Part shown: one piece after another, positions 29,570 through 38,805 of the stretch
Numbering within the stretch: position 1 is the first letter of the stretch
How the letters are laid out: each line of letters starts with the position of its first letter
Origin: an uncultured Halomonas sp.
GTDB taxonomy: Bacteria > Pseudomonadota > Gammaproteobacteria > Pseudomonadales > Halomonadaceae
Assembly (NCBI RefSeq): GCF_947490095.1
Contig: NZ_CANLFS010000001.1
Coordinates: 393,598 to 457,597 of the forward strand
DNA length: 64,000 nt
Reading direction: 5' to 3'
Made by a program: the position numbers and the translations under genes
Notes under the pieces: generated by a model
The model's input: only the letters and a program-made list of their open reading frames with translations
Told to the model about the DNA's origin: nothing
Databases searched by the model: none

Positions 29570-30934
29570 CTAGCGATAACGCGAGAGCACCACGCGAATC
29601 TGCCACCAGGCGACCAGGGCCGTCAGCAGATTGGCCGTGAGCATGCCGACGAAGACCCCGGTGGTATCGGCCAGGCGCCCTCCCAGCCAGGCCAGGGGCA
29701 CGCTGAGCACGAAGAGCCGTACCACCGAGAGACGCATGGCCCGGGCCGGGCGATGCAGGGCATTGCACGAGGAAATCGCCAGGATCGCCACGCCCTGGGC
29801 CCCGAGCCCCAGGGGCACCAGCCACAGGAAGTGTCGCAGCACCTCGCCGACCGCCTCGCGCTCGGCATAGGCGCCCACCAGCCAGGGGGCCAGCGCCTGC
29901 AGCAGCCCCCAGACCAGCAGCTGCCAGGCCAGCACGAAGGCGAAGCAGCCGAAGATGGCGCGGCGCACCCGAGCATACTGGCCGGCCCCGGCGTTCTGGC
30001 TGATCAGCGGCGAGAGGGTCATGGAGAGCCCCAGCACGGCGATCTGGGCGAATGCCTCGAGGCGGGTGCCGACACCGAAGCCGGCCACGGCATCATGACC
30101 GTGACCCGCAACGATGCGCGTCAGCAGCCCCATGGCCAGCGGGGTAAAGACGCTGGTCAGCGCCGCGGGGCCGGCGATACGCCCCAGCTCCCGCCAGGAT
30201 TCGAGGAGCCCGTGTCGTGTCAGGCCGGCCAGGTCGAACAGGCCACGCAATTCACGCTGGAAGACCAGGGCCACCGCCATCAGCCCCCAGCTCAGCACCG
30301 TGGCCAGGGCCGCACCGGAGACGCCCATGGCCGGTAGCGGCCCCGCACCGAAGATCAGCAGCCAGTCCAGCAACACATTGGACACGGCGGCCAGCGCCAT
30401 CATCAGCCCCTGGGTCGCCGTATTGCCGTGGGCACGCAGCAGGCTGTTGAGCACCCGCGGGATGATCACCACCGCGGCACCGAAGTACCAGATCCCCATG
30501 TAATCGCGAATATGCGGCATCAGGATGGCGTCGGCACCCAGCAGTCGGAACAGCGGTTCGAGGGTCGTCAGGCCGAGCAGGGTCATGGCCAGGCCGACCA
30601 CCAGCGCCAGCAGGGAGGCATCGGTGGCACGGCGACGCACGGTGTCAAACTCGCCGCGCCCCAGCTGCCGCGCCACGACCGCCGAGGTGCCGATCCCCAG
30701 GCCGATGGCCAGGCTGATCACGGTAAACACCACCGGGAAGGTGAACGACACCGCCGCCAGCGGCTCGGTGCCCAGCCGGGAGATGAACCAGGTATCCACC
30801 AGGTTGAAGCTCATCATGGCGATCATGCCGCCGATCACCGGCAGGGTCTTGCGCAGCAGAGTGGCGGCGATGGGGCCGTCCAGCAGCTCGCGGCGAACCG
30901 GGCGCCGTGGCGAGGCGGTGGAGGAGGTGCTCAT
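29570..30934 (-). CDS. MATE-family efflux transporter
   Basis: 454 aa with about 12 TM helices. The N-terminal pattern LLRKTLPVIGGMIAMMSFNLVDTWFISRLG is typical of MATE/NorM-like proteins. Confidence 0.85.
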   Translation of the reverse strand: MSTSSTASPRRPVRRELLDGPIAATLLRKTLPVIGGMIAMMSFNLVDTWFISRLGTEPLAAVSFTFPVVFTVISLAIGLGIGTSAVVARQLGRGEFDTVRRRATDASLLALVVGLAMTLLGLTTLEPLFRLLGADAILMPHIRDYMGIWYFGAAVVIIPRVLNSLLRAHGNTATQGLMMALAAVSNVLLDWLLIFGAGPLPAMGVSGAALATVLSWGLMAVALVFQRELRGLFDLAGLTRHGLLESWRELGRIAGPAALTSVFTPLAMGLLTRIVAGHGHDAVAGFGVGTRLEAFAQIAVLGLSMTLSPLISQNAGAGQYARVRRAIFGCFAFVLAWQLLVWGLLQALAPWLVGAYAEREAVGEVLRHFLWLVPLGLGAQGVAILAISSCNALHRPARAMRLSVVRLFVLSVPLAWLGGRLADTTGVFVGMLTANLLTALVAWWQIRVVLSRYR

Positions 30935-30939
30935 GGGAC

Positions 30940-31611
30940 CTACTTGGTGTCGATATAGCGGTGGTCGTTGAAGGTCGCCACCCAGTCCGGGTGATAGACC
31001 AGCAGGATGCTCAACAGCATGCCGGTGATAAACGCCTCCGAGGGCATCAGCAGCGGCAGGAAACGCGCATATTCGAGCGCCTGATAGAGGGCATAGGCAT
31101 CATTGGCCCCGAGCAGCATCAGCCCCACCGCGGCGAGCCCCGCGGCGAGCGTGGAGAGCGCGGCGCCGAAGAAGCCGCAGACAAACAGGAACACCATCAG
31201 GTTATCGGGCAGGAAACGATCGACCAACCGCCAGACGATCACCATGGTCAGCGCCGGCATCACGCCGGTCACCAGCAGATTCACCCCCAGCAGGGTCCAG
31301 TCCACCCGGCCGGTCACCACCATCGCCAGGTTGACCAGCAGCAGGGAGAGCAGCGCCAGGGGTGCCTTGAACACCAACACCATAAGCCCGGTAAACAGCA
31401 GGTGCAGGGTCAGCCAGTCCACCGCCTGGGCCCGCAGCTGCCACATCAGCAGCACTGCCACGGTGGCGGCCAGCCAGCGGTGCTGCAGCCCGGTGTCGGC
31501 CAGCAGCAACCGCCAGGGGCGCTGGGCCAGCGCCAGCCCCAGGACGACGAAGGCCACCAGGCTGGTCATCACCAGCAGCCAGGGAGCCAGCACCAGCTCG
31601 GCGAAGGACAT
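30940..31611 (-). CDS. Uncharacterised polytopic membrane protein (about 6-7 TM)
   Basis: 223-aa hydrophobic ORF, 12 nt downstream of purU and 5 nt upstream of the MATE gene. Coding is supported by the tight operon spacing. I do not recognise the family. Confidence 0.65.
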   Translation of the reverse strand: MSFAELVLAPWLLVMTSLVAFVVLGLALAQRPWRLLLADTGLQHRWLAATVAVLLMWQLRAQAVDWLTLHLLFTGLMVLVFKAPLALLSLLLVNLAMVVTGRVDWTLLGVNLLVTGVMPALTMVIVWRLVDRFLPDNLMVFLFVCGFFGAALSTLAAGLAAVGLMLLGANDAYALYQALEYARFLPLLMPSEAFITGMLLSILLVYHPDWVATFNDHRYIDTK

Positions 31612-31623
31612 GACGCTCTCCCG

Positions 31624-32478
31624 TCAGGCGAAGACCACGGTCTTGTTACCCTGGATCAGCACGCGATCCTCGAGATGCCAGCGCAGGCCCCGGGCCAGCA
31701 CCGCCTTCTCCACGTCGCGGCCGAAGCGCACCAGGTCTTCGGGGGTATGGCAATGGCTGACCCGGTGAATGTCCTGCTCGATGATCGGCCCGGCATCGAG
31801 TTCGGCGGTAACATAGTGGCAGGTGGCACCGATCAACTTGACCCCACGCTGATGGGCCTGATGATAGGGCTTGGCCCCGGCGAAGCTGGGCAAAAAGCTA
31901 TGATGGATATTGATCACGCGGCCGGCATAGCGCTCGCACAGCGCCGGTGGCAGAATTTGCATATAGCGCGCCAGCACGATGCAATCGGCCCGCAACTCCT
32001 CGACCAGCTGCTCCACCGCGTCGAAGGCGGCCTGCTTCTCTCCGGGCGGCACCGGCACATGGTGATAGGGAATGCCATGCCACTCCACCAGGCCACGCAT
32101 GGTCTCATGGTTGGAGATGACGGCCGCGATCTCGCAGTCGATTTCACCGGTGGTCCAGCGGTAGAGCAGGTCCACCAGGCAGTGCGACTCCTTCGATACC
32201 ATCAGCACCACCCGCGGCAGCTGGCGGGTATCGGTCAACGCCCAGGTCATGTCGAACTCCTCGGCGATGGGCGCAAAGGCCTCGCGCAGCGTCTCGGGCG
32301 GCATGCCAATGGAGTCGGCCAGGATCTCGTAGCGCATGAAGAAGCGCCCCGCCTCGAGGTCGGAGTGCTGGCTGGCCTCGGTGATCGAGCCACCGTGACC
32401 GGCGATAAAACCGGAGACGCGGGACACGATCCCCACACGGTCGGGACAGGACACCACCAGGCGGTAGTAATGTGACAT
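31624..32478 (-). CDS. purU: Formyltetrahydrofolate deformylase
   Basis: N-terminal ACT domain (YRLVVSCPDRVGIVSRVSGFIAGHGGSI) plus a formyltransferase domain (INIHHSFLPSFAGAKPYHQA, ATCHYVTAELDAGPIIEQD). Confidence 0.93.
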   Translation of the reverse strand: MSHYYRLVVSCPDRVGIVSRVSGFIAGHGGSITEASQHSDLEAGRFFMRYEILADSIGMPPETLREAFAPIAEEFDMTWALTDTRQLPRVVLMVSKESHCLVDLLYRWTTGEIDCEIAAVISNHETMRGLVEWHGIPYHHVPVPPGEKQAAFDAVEQLVEELRADCIVLARYMQILPPALCERYAGRVINIHHSFLPSFAGAKPYHQAHQRGVKLIGATCHYVTAELDAGPIIEQDIHRVSHCHTPEDLVRFGRDVEKAVLARGLRWHLEDRVLIQGNKTVVFA

Positions 32479-32496
32479 CAGAGGCTCCAGGCTAGG

Positions 32497-32512
32497 TATT
32501 GCGGGCGCAATA
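32497..32512 (-). promoter_or_regulatory. 7-2-7 palindrome in the purU leader (candidate operator)
   Basis: TATTGCG GG CGCAATA at 32497..32512, 19-34 nt upstream of the purU ATG (32478). Confidence 0.35.
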
Positions 32513-32700
32513 GTGTAGCGAAAACCGCGGATTCCGACACGCCTCGGCGCCGGGCCCGAAGAAGGGGGATAGCCGGGGGCTTAGCAATTAATAACCAAAA
32601 GCTATTTGAAATTAATATCCTTATTCTTTATTTTGGTCCCACTGAAATACCGTAACCCCCATGGCCCCTCACCATTCAAGCCATTACCCGGGAGCACGTC

Positions 32701-33456
32701 ATGCTCAAGCATATTACCCTCGCCGCCCTGGCCGCAGGCATCCTTACCGCCGGGCAGGCCCAGGCAGACGATGATGTCATCAAGGTCGGCATGTCCGGCA
32801 GCTACTTCCCCTTCGCCTTCGTCGAACAGGACGAGCTCCAGGGCTTCGAGGTGGATGTCATGGAGGCCGTCGCCGAGGAAATGGGGGTCGAGGTCGAGTT
32901 CGTCACGGCCAGCTTCTCGGGGCTGTTCGGCATGCTCGAATCCGGACGCATCGACACCATCGCCAACCAGATCACCATTACCGAAGAGCGCACCGCCAAG
33001 TACGTCTTCACCGACCCCTACGTCTACGACGGTGCCCAGGTCGTGACCAAGGAAGGCAACGAGGAAGTCCAGTCCGTCGAGGACCTGAAGGGCAAGACCG
33101 TGGCCGTCAACCTCGGCTCCAACTACGAGGAGCTGCTGCGCGAACTCCCCTATGCCGACGAGATCGATATTCGCACCTACGAAAGCAATATCGAACAGGA
33201 TACCGCCCTGGGCCGCGTCGACGCCTTCGTCATGGACAGGATCAGTGCCAGCCAGGTCATCAAGGATAAGCCGATGCCCCTGGCGCTGGCCGGGACGCCG
33301 TTCTCCGAGATCCATAACGCCCTGCCCTTCCGGGACACCGAGGAAGGCCGCGCCCTGCGTGACCGGGTCGATACCGCCCTGGACACCCTGCGCGAATCGG
33401 GCACCCTGCAGGAATTCTCGGAAGAGTGGTTCGGCAGCGACGTCACTCGCCCCTAA
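32701..33456 (+). CDS. Amino-acid ABC transporter substrate-binding protein, L-cystine-binding FliY/TcyJ/TcyA-like
   Basis: Signal peptide ends GQAQAD. GFEVDVMEAVAEEMGVEVEFV, RIDTIANQITITEERTAKYVFTDPY and GTLQEFSEEWFGSDVT parallel the E. coli FliY/TcyJ layout as I recall it. Confidence 0.88.
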   Translation: MLKHITLAALAAGILTAGQAQADDDVIKVGMSGSYFPFAFVEQDELQGFEVDVMEAVAEEMGVEVEFVTASFSGLFGMLESGRIDTIANQITITEERTAKYVFTDPYVYDGAQVVTKEGNEEVQSVEDLKGKTVAVNLGSNYEELLRELPYADEIDIRTYESNIEQDTALGRVDAFVMDRISASQVIKDKPMPLALAGTPFSEIHNALPFRDTEEGRALRDRVDTALDTLRESGTLQEFSEEWFGSDVTRP

Positions 33457-33473
33457 GGTGCTGAACGGCTCTC

Positions 33474-34148
33474 ATGTCTCTACTCGACCTCGACTACATG
33501 CTGGGGCTCGCCCCCATCCTGATGCGCTATCTGCCGTTGACCCTGGAGATGGCCGCGGCGGGGATGGTGCTGGCCCTGGTGCTCGCCTGTGGCCTCGCCG
33601 TGATCCGCGTGCTGCGGATCCCGGGCCTGAATGCCGCCACCCTGCTGTTCATCTCCTTCTTTCGCGGCACGCCGCTGCTGGTACAGCTGTTCCTGTTCTA
33701 CTACGGCCTGCCGCAGCTGCTGGCCTTCCTGACCCAGATCAACGGCGTCACCGCCACCATCATGGGCCTGACCCTGCACTTCTCGGCCTATATGGCGGAG
33801 TCCATCCGTGCCGCCATCGTCGGGGTCGACCGCAGTCAGACGGAGGCGGCGCTGTCCATCGGCATGACCAACGGTCAGCTGATGCGACGCATCGTGCTGC
33901 CTCAGGCGACGCGGGTCGCCGTCCCCACGCTCATGAACTACTTCATCGACATGATCAAGGCCACGTCCCTGGCCTTCACCCTGGGTGTTACCGAGCTGAT
34001 GGGCGCCACCCAGAAGGAGGCCGCCGGCAGCTTCCTCTACTTCGAGGCCTTTATCACCGTGGCGATCTTCTACTGGGCCATCGTCGAGCTGCTGGCCTGG
34101 TTCCAGCGGCGCCTGGAAACCCGACTTAACGAGGCCTATCGCCGATGA
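33474..34148 (+). CDS. Amino-acid ABC transporter permease (His/Glu/Gln/Arg/opine family; YecS/TcyL-like)
   Basis: 224 aa, polytopic, with an EAA-like loop (AYMAESIRAAIVGVDRSQTEAALSIGM). Confidence 0.88.
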   Translation: MSLLDLDYMLGLAPILMRYLPLTLEMAAAGMVLALVLACGLAVIRVLRIPGLNAATLLFISFFRGTPLLVQLFLFYYGLPQLLAFLTQINGVTATIMGLTLHFSAYMAESIRAAIVGVDRSQTEAALSIGMTNGQLMRRIVLPQATRVAVPTLMNYFIDMIKATSLAFTLGVTELMGATQKEAAGSFLYFEAFITVAIFYWAIVELLAWFQRRLETRLNEAYRR

Positions 34149-34906
34149 TCAAGGTAGCAGGACTCATCAAGCGCTTCGGCGGGACCGCGGTACTCGACGG
34201 CATCGACCTCGCCATCGAGCAGGGCGAGATCATCGTGGTCATCGGCCCTTCCGGCACCGGCAAGTCGACGCTGCTGCGCTGCCTGAATTTCCTCGAGCGC
34301 CCGGACGCCGGGCGCCTGACCATCAACGACCTCGATGTCGATGTCACCCGGGCCAGCCGGCGCGATATCCTGACGGCACGGCGGCGGACCGCCTTCGTGT
34401 TCCAGAACTACGCGCTGTTTGCCAACAAGACGGCACTGGAGAACATCGCCGAGGGGCTGATCGTGGTCAACCGCTGGCCCAAGGAAAAGGCCCATGCACG
34501 CGCCCGGGAGATCCTGGCGCGCATCGGGCTGGCCGACAAGGCCGATGCCTACCCCGCCTCCCTGTCCGGAGGGCAGCAGCAGCGGGTGGGCATCGGCCGC
34601 GCCATGGCGGCCCAGGCCGAGGTCATCCTCTTCGACGAACCCACCTCATCGCTGGACCCCGAGTGGGTCGAAGAGGTCCTGGAGCTGATGAAGCAGCTGG
34701 CCAGGGAGCGCCAGACCATGCTGGTCGTCACCCATGAGATGAGCTTCGCCAGGGACGTGGCGGACCGGGTGATCTTCATGGAGGGGGGGCGCATCGTGGA
34801 ACAGGGGCCACCCGACCAGCTCTTCGGGGCGCCCCAGGACCCGCGCACCCGGAACTTCCTGCGCAAGGTACTCGCCACTCAGGTATCGCCGGAGGGCGTG
34901 AACTAA
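34145..34906 (+). CDS. Amino-acid ABC transporter ATP-binding protein (YecC/TcyN-like)
   Basis: Walker A GPSGTGKST, signature LSGGQQQRV, Walker B ILFDEPTSSLDPE. ATGA overlap with the permease stop. Confidence 0.92.
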   Translation: MIKVAGLIKRFGGTAVLDGIDLAIEQGEIIVVIGPSGTGKSTLLRCLNFLERPDAGRLTINDLDVDVTRASRRDILTARRRTAFVFQNYALFANKTALENIAEGLIVVNRWPKEKAHARAREILARIGLADKADAYPASLSGGQQQRVGIGRAMAAQAEVILFDEPTSSLDPEWVEEVLELMKQLARERQTMLVVTHEMSFARDVADRVIFMEGGRIVEQGPPDQLFGAPQDPRTRNFLRKVLATQVSPEGVN

Positions 34907-34990
34907 CGTCGATATCCAGGGGCCGCGTTGTGGCCCCCGGTGGCCTTCCCGTATAGTGAAAGCGTCATATACCAGGAAGCCTCCTCCGCG

Positions 34991-36685
34991 ATGCTCAAGC
35001 CCCGAGTCCAGATCCGCCCCCGCCGCCGCCCTCCCCTGCGCTTCTTGCCCCTGGGTGGCTGTGGCGAGATCGGCATGAACCTTAGCCTCTACGGCCTCGG
35101 TGAGGGCCGGGAGGCTGACTGGATCGCGGTGGACTGCGGCATGATGATCCGCCAGGACCTCCCCGATTCGCCGCTACAGGTGCCCAACCAGAGCACCCTG
35201 GACGCGCTGGGCATCGTGCCCCGGGCGCTGGTCATCACCCATGGTCATGAGGATCATATCGGTGCCGCTGCCTGGCTGTGGCCGAAATGGGGCTGCCCCA
35301 TCCACGCCACGCCGCTGGCGGCCGGTCTGCTGCGCGCCAAGTTCAACGAACGGGGGCTCGCCACCGACGCCATTCGGGTGATCGACCCCGGCGAGGCCAT
35401 GGAGTCGGGCCCCTTCACCCTGCGCTTCCTTCCGGTGCCCCATTCCATCCCCGAGAGCTGCTCGCTGCTGATCGCCGCCGGAGAGCATCGCGTACTGCAT
35501 ACCGGCGACTGGAAGCTTGACCCCGACCCGTTGCTCGGCGCACCGATCTCATCGACGACCTTTCGCGCCCTGGCCCCGGTGGACCTGGTCGTCGGCGATT
35601 CCACCAACGCCCCGCTGCCCGGCGACTCACGCAGCGAGGGCGAGGTCGCCAGGGCCCTGGAACACACCATCGCCCGCTGCGGGGGCCGCGTCATCGTCTC
35701 CTGCTTCGCCAGCAACCTGGCCCGGATACTGGCCATCGGCCGTGCCGCCGAGCGCTGCGGGCGGCGCGTCAGCCTGATGGGACGCTCCATGGAGCGCATG
35801 GTGGCGATCGCCCGCGGCCTCGGCTACCTGGACGACTTCCCGCCCCTGGTGCCCAGTAACGACCTGGGCTATCTGCCCCCCGAAGAAGTGCTGGTGATCG
35901 CCACCGGCAGCCAGGGCGAATCACGCGCCGCCCTCCAGCGCCTGGCGCGTGGCCGACACCGTTCCCTGGAACTGGGGGCCGGCGACAGCGTGATCTTCTC
36001 GGCCAAGGCGATCCCCGGCAATGAGCTGCTGATCGAGCGGCTCAAGAAGGGGCTTCGCCATCAGGGTGTCGAGGTCCTCGATGAGTTCAACCACCCCGAA
36101 CTGCATGCCTCGGGGCATCCGGCCCAGGATGAGCTGCGCACCCTCTATGGCTGGGTACGGCCCCGCTACCTGCTGCCGGTACACGGCGAGCCTCGCCACC
36201 AGCAGGCCCACCGCGACATCGCCGAGGAACTGGGCATCCAGGCGCCGCTCTCCCCGCTGAATGGCGACATGATCCGCTTCGACGCCGACGGCCTGACCCT
36301 CGAGGGCCGCCATCCCCAGCCGCCCTGTATCGTCAACCAGGATGCCGTCGCCCCCCTCCCCGGCCTGGGCGGCCACTCGGGCAAGGAGGGCCGCCACGGC
36401 AGCCTCTATCTGGCACTCTCGGTCGCCATCACCGAACAGGGCGGCTGGACCCGTATCGGCCGGCTGATGCTCGACGCCGGCGATGGACAGGCCTTCGACG
36501 AGACCGCCTTCTGCGACTGGCTCGACGATGTCCTCGAGTCATTGCACGCCGAGACCCTGGCCGACCTGCGCCTGGCCCTGCAGCCGCGGTTGATTGGCTG
36601 GTTCGCCGACCACCTGCGCCGCCTGCCGGAGATTCATCTGCAGATACTCGCCATGGAGGCCCCGGCGGCCGACCATTCGGAGTAA
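34991..36685 (+). CDS. rnj: Ribonuclease J-like metallo-beta-lactamase / beta-CASP RNase
   Basis: ORF 34928..36685 trimmed to ATG 34991 (AGGAAG upstream). LRFLPLGGCGEIGMNLSLY, ITHGHEDHIGA and HASGHP match the MBL/beta-CASP motifs of RNase J. Confidence 0.85.
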   Translation: MLKPRVQIRPRRRPPLRFLPLGGCGEIGMNLSLYGLGEGREADWIAVDCGMMIRQDLPDSPLQVPNQSTLDALGIVPRALVITHGHEDHIGAAAWLWPKWGCPIHATPLAAGLLRAKFNERGLATDAIRVIDPGEAMESGPFTLRFLPVPHSIPESCSLLIAAGEHRVLHTGDWKLDPDPLLGAPISSTTFRALAPVDLVVGDSTNAPLPGDSRSEGEVARALEHTIARCGGRVIVSCFASNLARILAIGRAAERCGRRVSLMGRSMERMVAIARGLGYLDDFPPLVPSNDLGYLPPEEVLVIATGSQGESRAALQRLARGRHRSLELGAGDSVIFSAKAIPGNELLIERLKKGLRHQGVEVLDEFNHPELHASGHPAQDELRTLYGWVRPRYLLPVHGEPRHQQAHRDIAEELGIQAPLSPLNGDMIRFDADGLTLEGRHPQPPCIVNQDAVAPLPGLGGHSGKEGRHGSLYLALSVAITEQGGWTRIGRLMLDAGDGQAFDETAFCDWLDDVLESLHAETLADLRLALQPRLIGWFADHLRRLPEIHLQILAMEAPAADHSE

Positions 36686-36735
36686 TCCTCCTCCCGTCTC
36701 CCCCTCGATAAACGAAAGCACAAATACGTAAGTAC

Positions 36736-36776
36736 AAAAACACGAAAGCCGCTCATCGAGAGCGGCTTCATTTTTC
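36736..36776. terminator. Bidirectional rho-independent terminator between rnj and the H-NS-like gene
   Basis: AAGCCGCTC (36746..36754), loop ATCGA, GAGCGGCTT (36760..36768). The plus strand then reads CATTTTTCTT. The minus-strand transcript reads TCGTGTTTTT after the stem. Confidence 0.8.
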
Positions 36777-36830
36777 TTCGGACTTCCTGTTTCTTACTTT
36801 TTCTTACTTTTTCTTGTTATCTCTTACTGG
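36771..36830. repeat. 10-bp-phased pyrimidine/T-tract tandem repeat (about six units)
   Basis: TTTTTCTTCG / GACTTCCTGT / TTCTTACTTT / TTCTTACTTT / TTCTTGTTAT / CTCTTACTGG. The two central units are identical, and the last unit overlaps the stop codon of the H-NS-like gene. Confidence 0.75.
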
Positions 36831-37117
36831 TCCTTGCCGGCATTCTTCGGCGGACGCCCACGCTTGCGACGCGGCTGCTCCACCACCAGGTCATCCACGG
36901 AAAGACCCGCCTCGTTGATCGCCTCGAGAATCTCGGAACGCTTGCGCTCCTTTTCGGCTTCATCCTGAAGGCGTTGGCGCTCTTCATCCTTCTTCTGTTC
37001 GATGGCCTCCTCGACCACCTCAGCGAGTTTATGCAGTTGCTCCATGCTGAGCTGACGTGCCGCGGCGCGTGCCACGTTCTTGTTGCGAGCGATACGCTCC
37101 AGGGTGTCGCTGGACAT
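36824..37117 (-). CDS. Small H-NS-N-terminal-domain-like nucleoid-associated protein ending in an AT-hook (RKRGRPPK)
   Basis: 97 aa. LERIARNKNVARAAARQLSMEQLHKLAEVVEEAIEQKKDEERQRL ... ILEAINEAGLSVDDL parallels the H-NS dimerisation/oligomerisation region. The C-terminus is only PRRKRGRPPKNAGKDQ. SD GGAGGGA lies upstream of ATG 37117, and both flanks are AT-rich. Confidence 0.7.
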   Translation of the reverse strand: MSSDTLERIARNKNVARAAARQLSMEQLHKLAEVVEEAIEQKKDEERQRLQDEAEKERKRSEILEAINEAGLSVDDLVVEQPRRKRGRPPKNAGKDQ

Positions 37118-37265
37118 CGGTCCCTCCTAGGCTGAATTCATAAGACGTGTAACGCACGATTACCTAGAGAAAAGTATATGCAGTAGCCATCGATTAGCAA
37201 GAAGAGTCGACCGATTTTATTCCGACATGCGGTAAAAACCGGACGCCCAATGCCCCGAATATTTC

Positions 37266-37294
37266 ACGAAAAAGCGGCGCCCAAAGGCGCCGCT
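37266..37294 (-). terminator. Rho-independent terminator after moaA (end of the Moco operon)
   Basis: AGCGGCGCC (37273..37281), loop CAAA, GGCGCCGCT (37286..37294). The minus-strand transcript continues with TTTTTCGTG. Confidence 0.8.
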
Positions 37295-37334
37295 GCAGAT
37301 AAGACGTGTTCCGGGACAAGCCGGCAGAGAGACA

Positions 37335-38336
37335 CTAGCCACCGGTCATATTCATGAAGCGCACCACCTGAACATCGCCGTCGGTAGTGAAATGATGACG
37401 CTCCGGCTTGAGGGGCATGGCGGCGACAATGGCATGCTTCAGGGCATCCATATCCCCCGGGTTGGCGCGCAATACACGACGCAGGTCCACGGAGTGTTCA
37501 TTGCCCAGGCACAGCAGCAGTCGTCCCTCCACGGTCACGCGCACACGGTTGCAGGTAGAGCAGAAGTTATGGCTGTGGGGCGAGATGAAGCCGATACGCG
37601 AATCGCTGTCGGCCATGCGGAAATAGCGCGAGGGTCCCGGGGTCGTCTCGGGCGTCGGAATCAGCGGATAACGACTCTCGATGGTCTCCTGAACCTCATC
37701 GCTGGAGCAGAAGGTCTCGGCACGGCTATGGTCGGAGACATCCCCCAGCGGCATTTCCTCGATAAAGCTGATATCGAGTCCTTCGCGGCGGGCGAACTCC
37801 ACCAGGTCGAGCACCTCGTCATCATTGCGGCCCTTGAGGATCACCGCATTGAGCTTGATGCGCTCGAAGCCCGCGTCTCGCGCGGCGTGGATGCCGTCGA
37901 TGACCCGCGCGAGCTCACCGGTGCGCGTCAGCCGACGGAAGCGCTCGGGGTCGAGGGAGTCGAGGCTGATGTTGAGCCGCTTGAGGCCCCCTTCGCGAAG
38001 CCGCTCGGCATGCTTGGGCAGGCTGGCCCCGTTGGTGGTCATGGCGAAGTCATTGAGCCCGGGCAGATCACCGATCTGCTCGACGAGGGAGCCGATATCG
38101 CGCCGGACCAGCGGCTCACCCCCGGTCAGGCGGATCTTCTCGACGCCCAGCTCGGTGAAGGCACGCGCCACCATCGCCAGCTCTTCCAGGGTAAGCACCT
38201 GGGCGCGAGGCAGGAAGGTCATCTCCTCGCTCATGCAGTAGACGCAGCGAAAGTCACAGCGGTCGGTGACCGAGATACGCACATAGCTGACGCGCCGACC
38301 GAAATCATCGATGAGTTCGCGAGGCAGGGTGGTCAT
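37335..38336 (-). CDS. moaA: GTP 3',8-cyclase (radical SAM Moco biosynthesis protein A)
   Basis: ORF 37335..38510 trimmed to ATG 38336 (GGGAGA upstream). Radical-SAM motif CDFRCVYCM, a C-terminal cluster motif [10 protein letters not shown], and the terminal GG. Confidence 0.93.
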   Translation of the reverse strand: MTTLPRELIDDFGRRVSYVRISVTDRCDFRCVYCMSEEMTFLPRAQVLTLEELAMVARAFTELGVEKIRLTGGEPLVRRDIGSLVEQIGDLPGLNDFAMTTNGASLPKHAERLREGGLKRLNISLDSLDPERFRRLTRTGELARVIDGIHAARDAGFERIKLNAVILKGRNDDEVLDLVEFARREGLDISFIEEMPLGDVSDHSRAETFCSSDEVQETIESRYPLIPTPETTPGPSRYFRMADSDSRIGFISPHSHNFCSTCNRVRVTVEGRLLLCLGNEHSVDLRRVLRANPGDMDALKHAIVAAMPLKPERHHFTTDGDVQVVRFMNMTGG

Positions 38337-38352
38337 GGAACAATCTCCCGGT

Positions 38353-38802
38353 TCAGGCTTCCCAGCGACGGGCATCCGAATGATCGGAGTCACGCTCCGA
38401 CACCCAGTAGTCACCGTCGCCGGCGTGTTCTTTCTTCCAGAATGGCGCGCGGGTCTTGAGGTAATCCATGATGAAGTCACAGGCCTCGAAGGCAGCGCGG
38501 CGATGGGCACTGGCCACCACTACCAACACGATAGGGTCTCCCGGGCCCAGTCGTCCAACCCGGTGAATCACCGTGACCGCATCCAGGGGCCAGCGACCCC
38601 GGGCGTCCGCGACGATGGCCTCCAGCGCCGACTCGGTCATGCCGGGATAGTGCTCCAGGGTCAGTGCCGATACCTCGGGGTGCTCGTTGAAGTCGCGCAC
38701 CAGGCCGGTAAAGCTGACCACGGCCCCGATATCGGTGCGCCCGGCCAGCAGGGCCTGCTGCTCGGCCCCTGCATCGAAGGTGGCCTCTTGTACTCGAATC
38801 AT
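38353..38802 (-). CDS. moaE: Molybdopterin synthase catalytic subunit
   Basis: 149 aa. [67 protein letters not shown] are typical MoaE motifs. Confidence 0.92.
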   Translation of the reverse strand: MIRVQEATFDAGAEQQALLAGRTDIGAVVSFTGLVRDFNEHPEVSALTLEHYPGMTESALEAIVADARGRWPLDAVTVIHRVGRLGPGDPIVLVVVASAHRRAAFEACDFIMDYLKTRAPFWKKEHAGDGDYWVSERDSDHSDARRWEA

Positions 38803-38805
38803 GGC

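Noticed and set aside
36700-36823. A missing H-NS C-terminal DNA-binding domain hidden by a frameshift downstream of the 97-aa gene.
   Set aside because: The sequence after the stop is the phased T-tract repeat and a terminator hairpin. No frame there encodes anything resembling the H-NS TWTGQGRTP-type domain.
37151-37298. MITE-like insertion bounded by the 11-bp direct repeat ATAAGACGTGT as a target-site duplication.
   Set aside because: The 148-bp interval has no terminal inverted repeats. It contains the functional-looking moaA terminator, so an insertion-element interpretation is unsupported.
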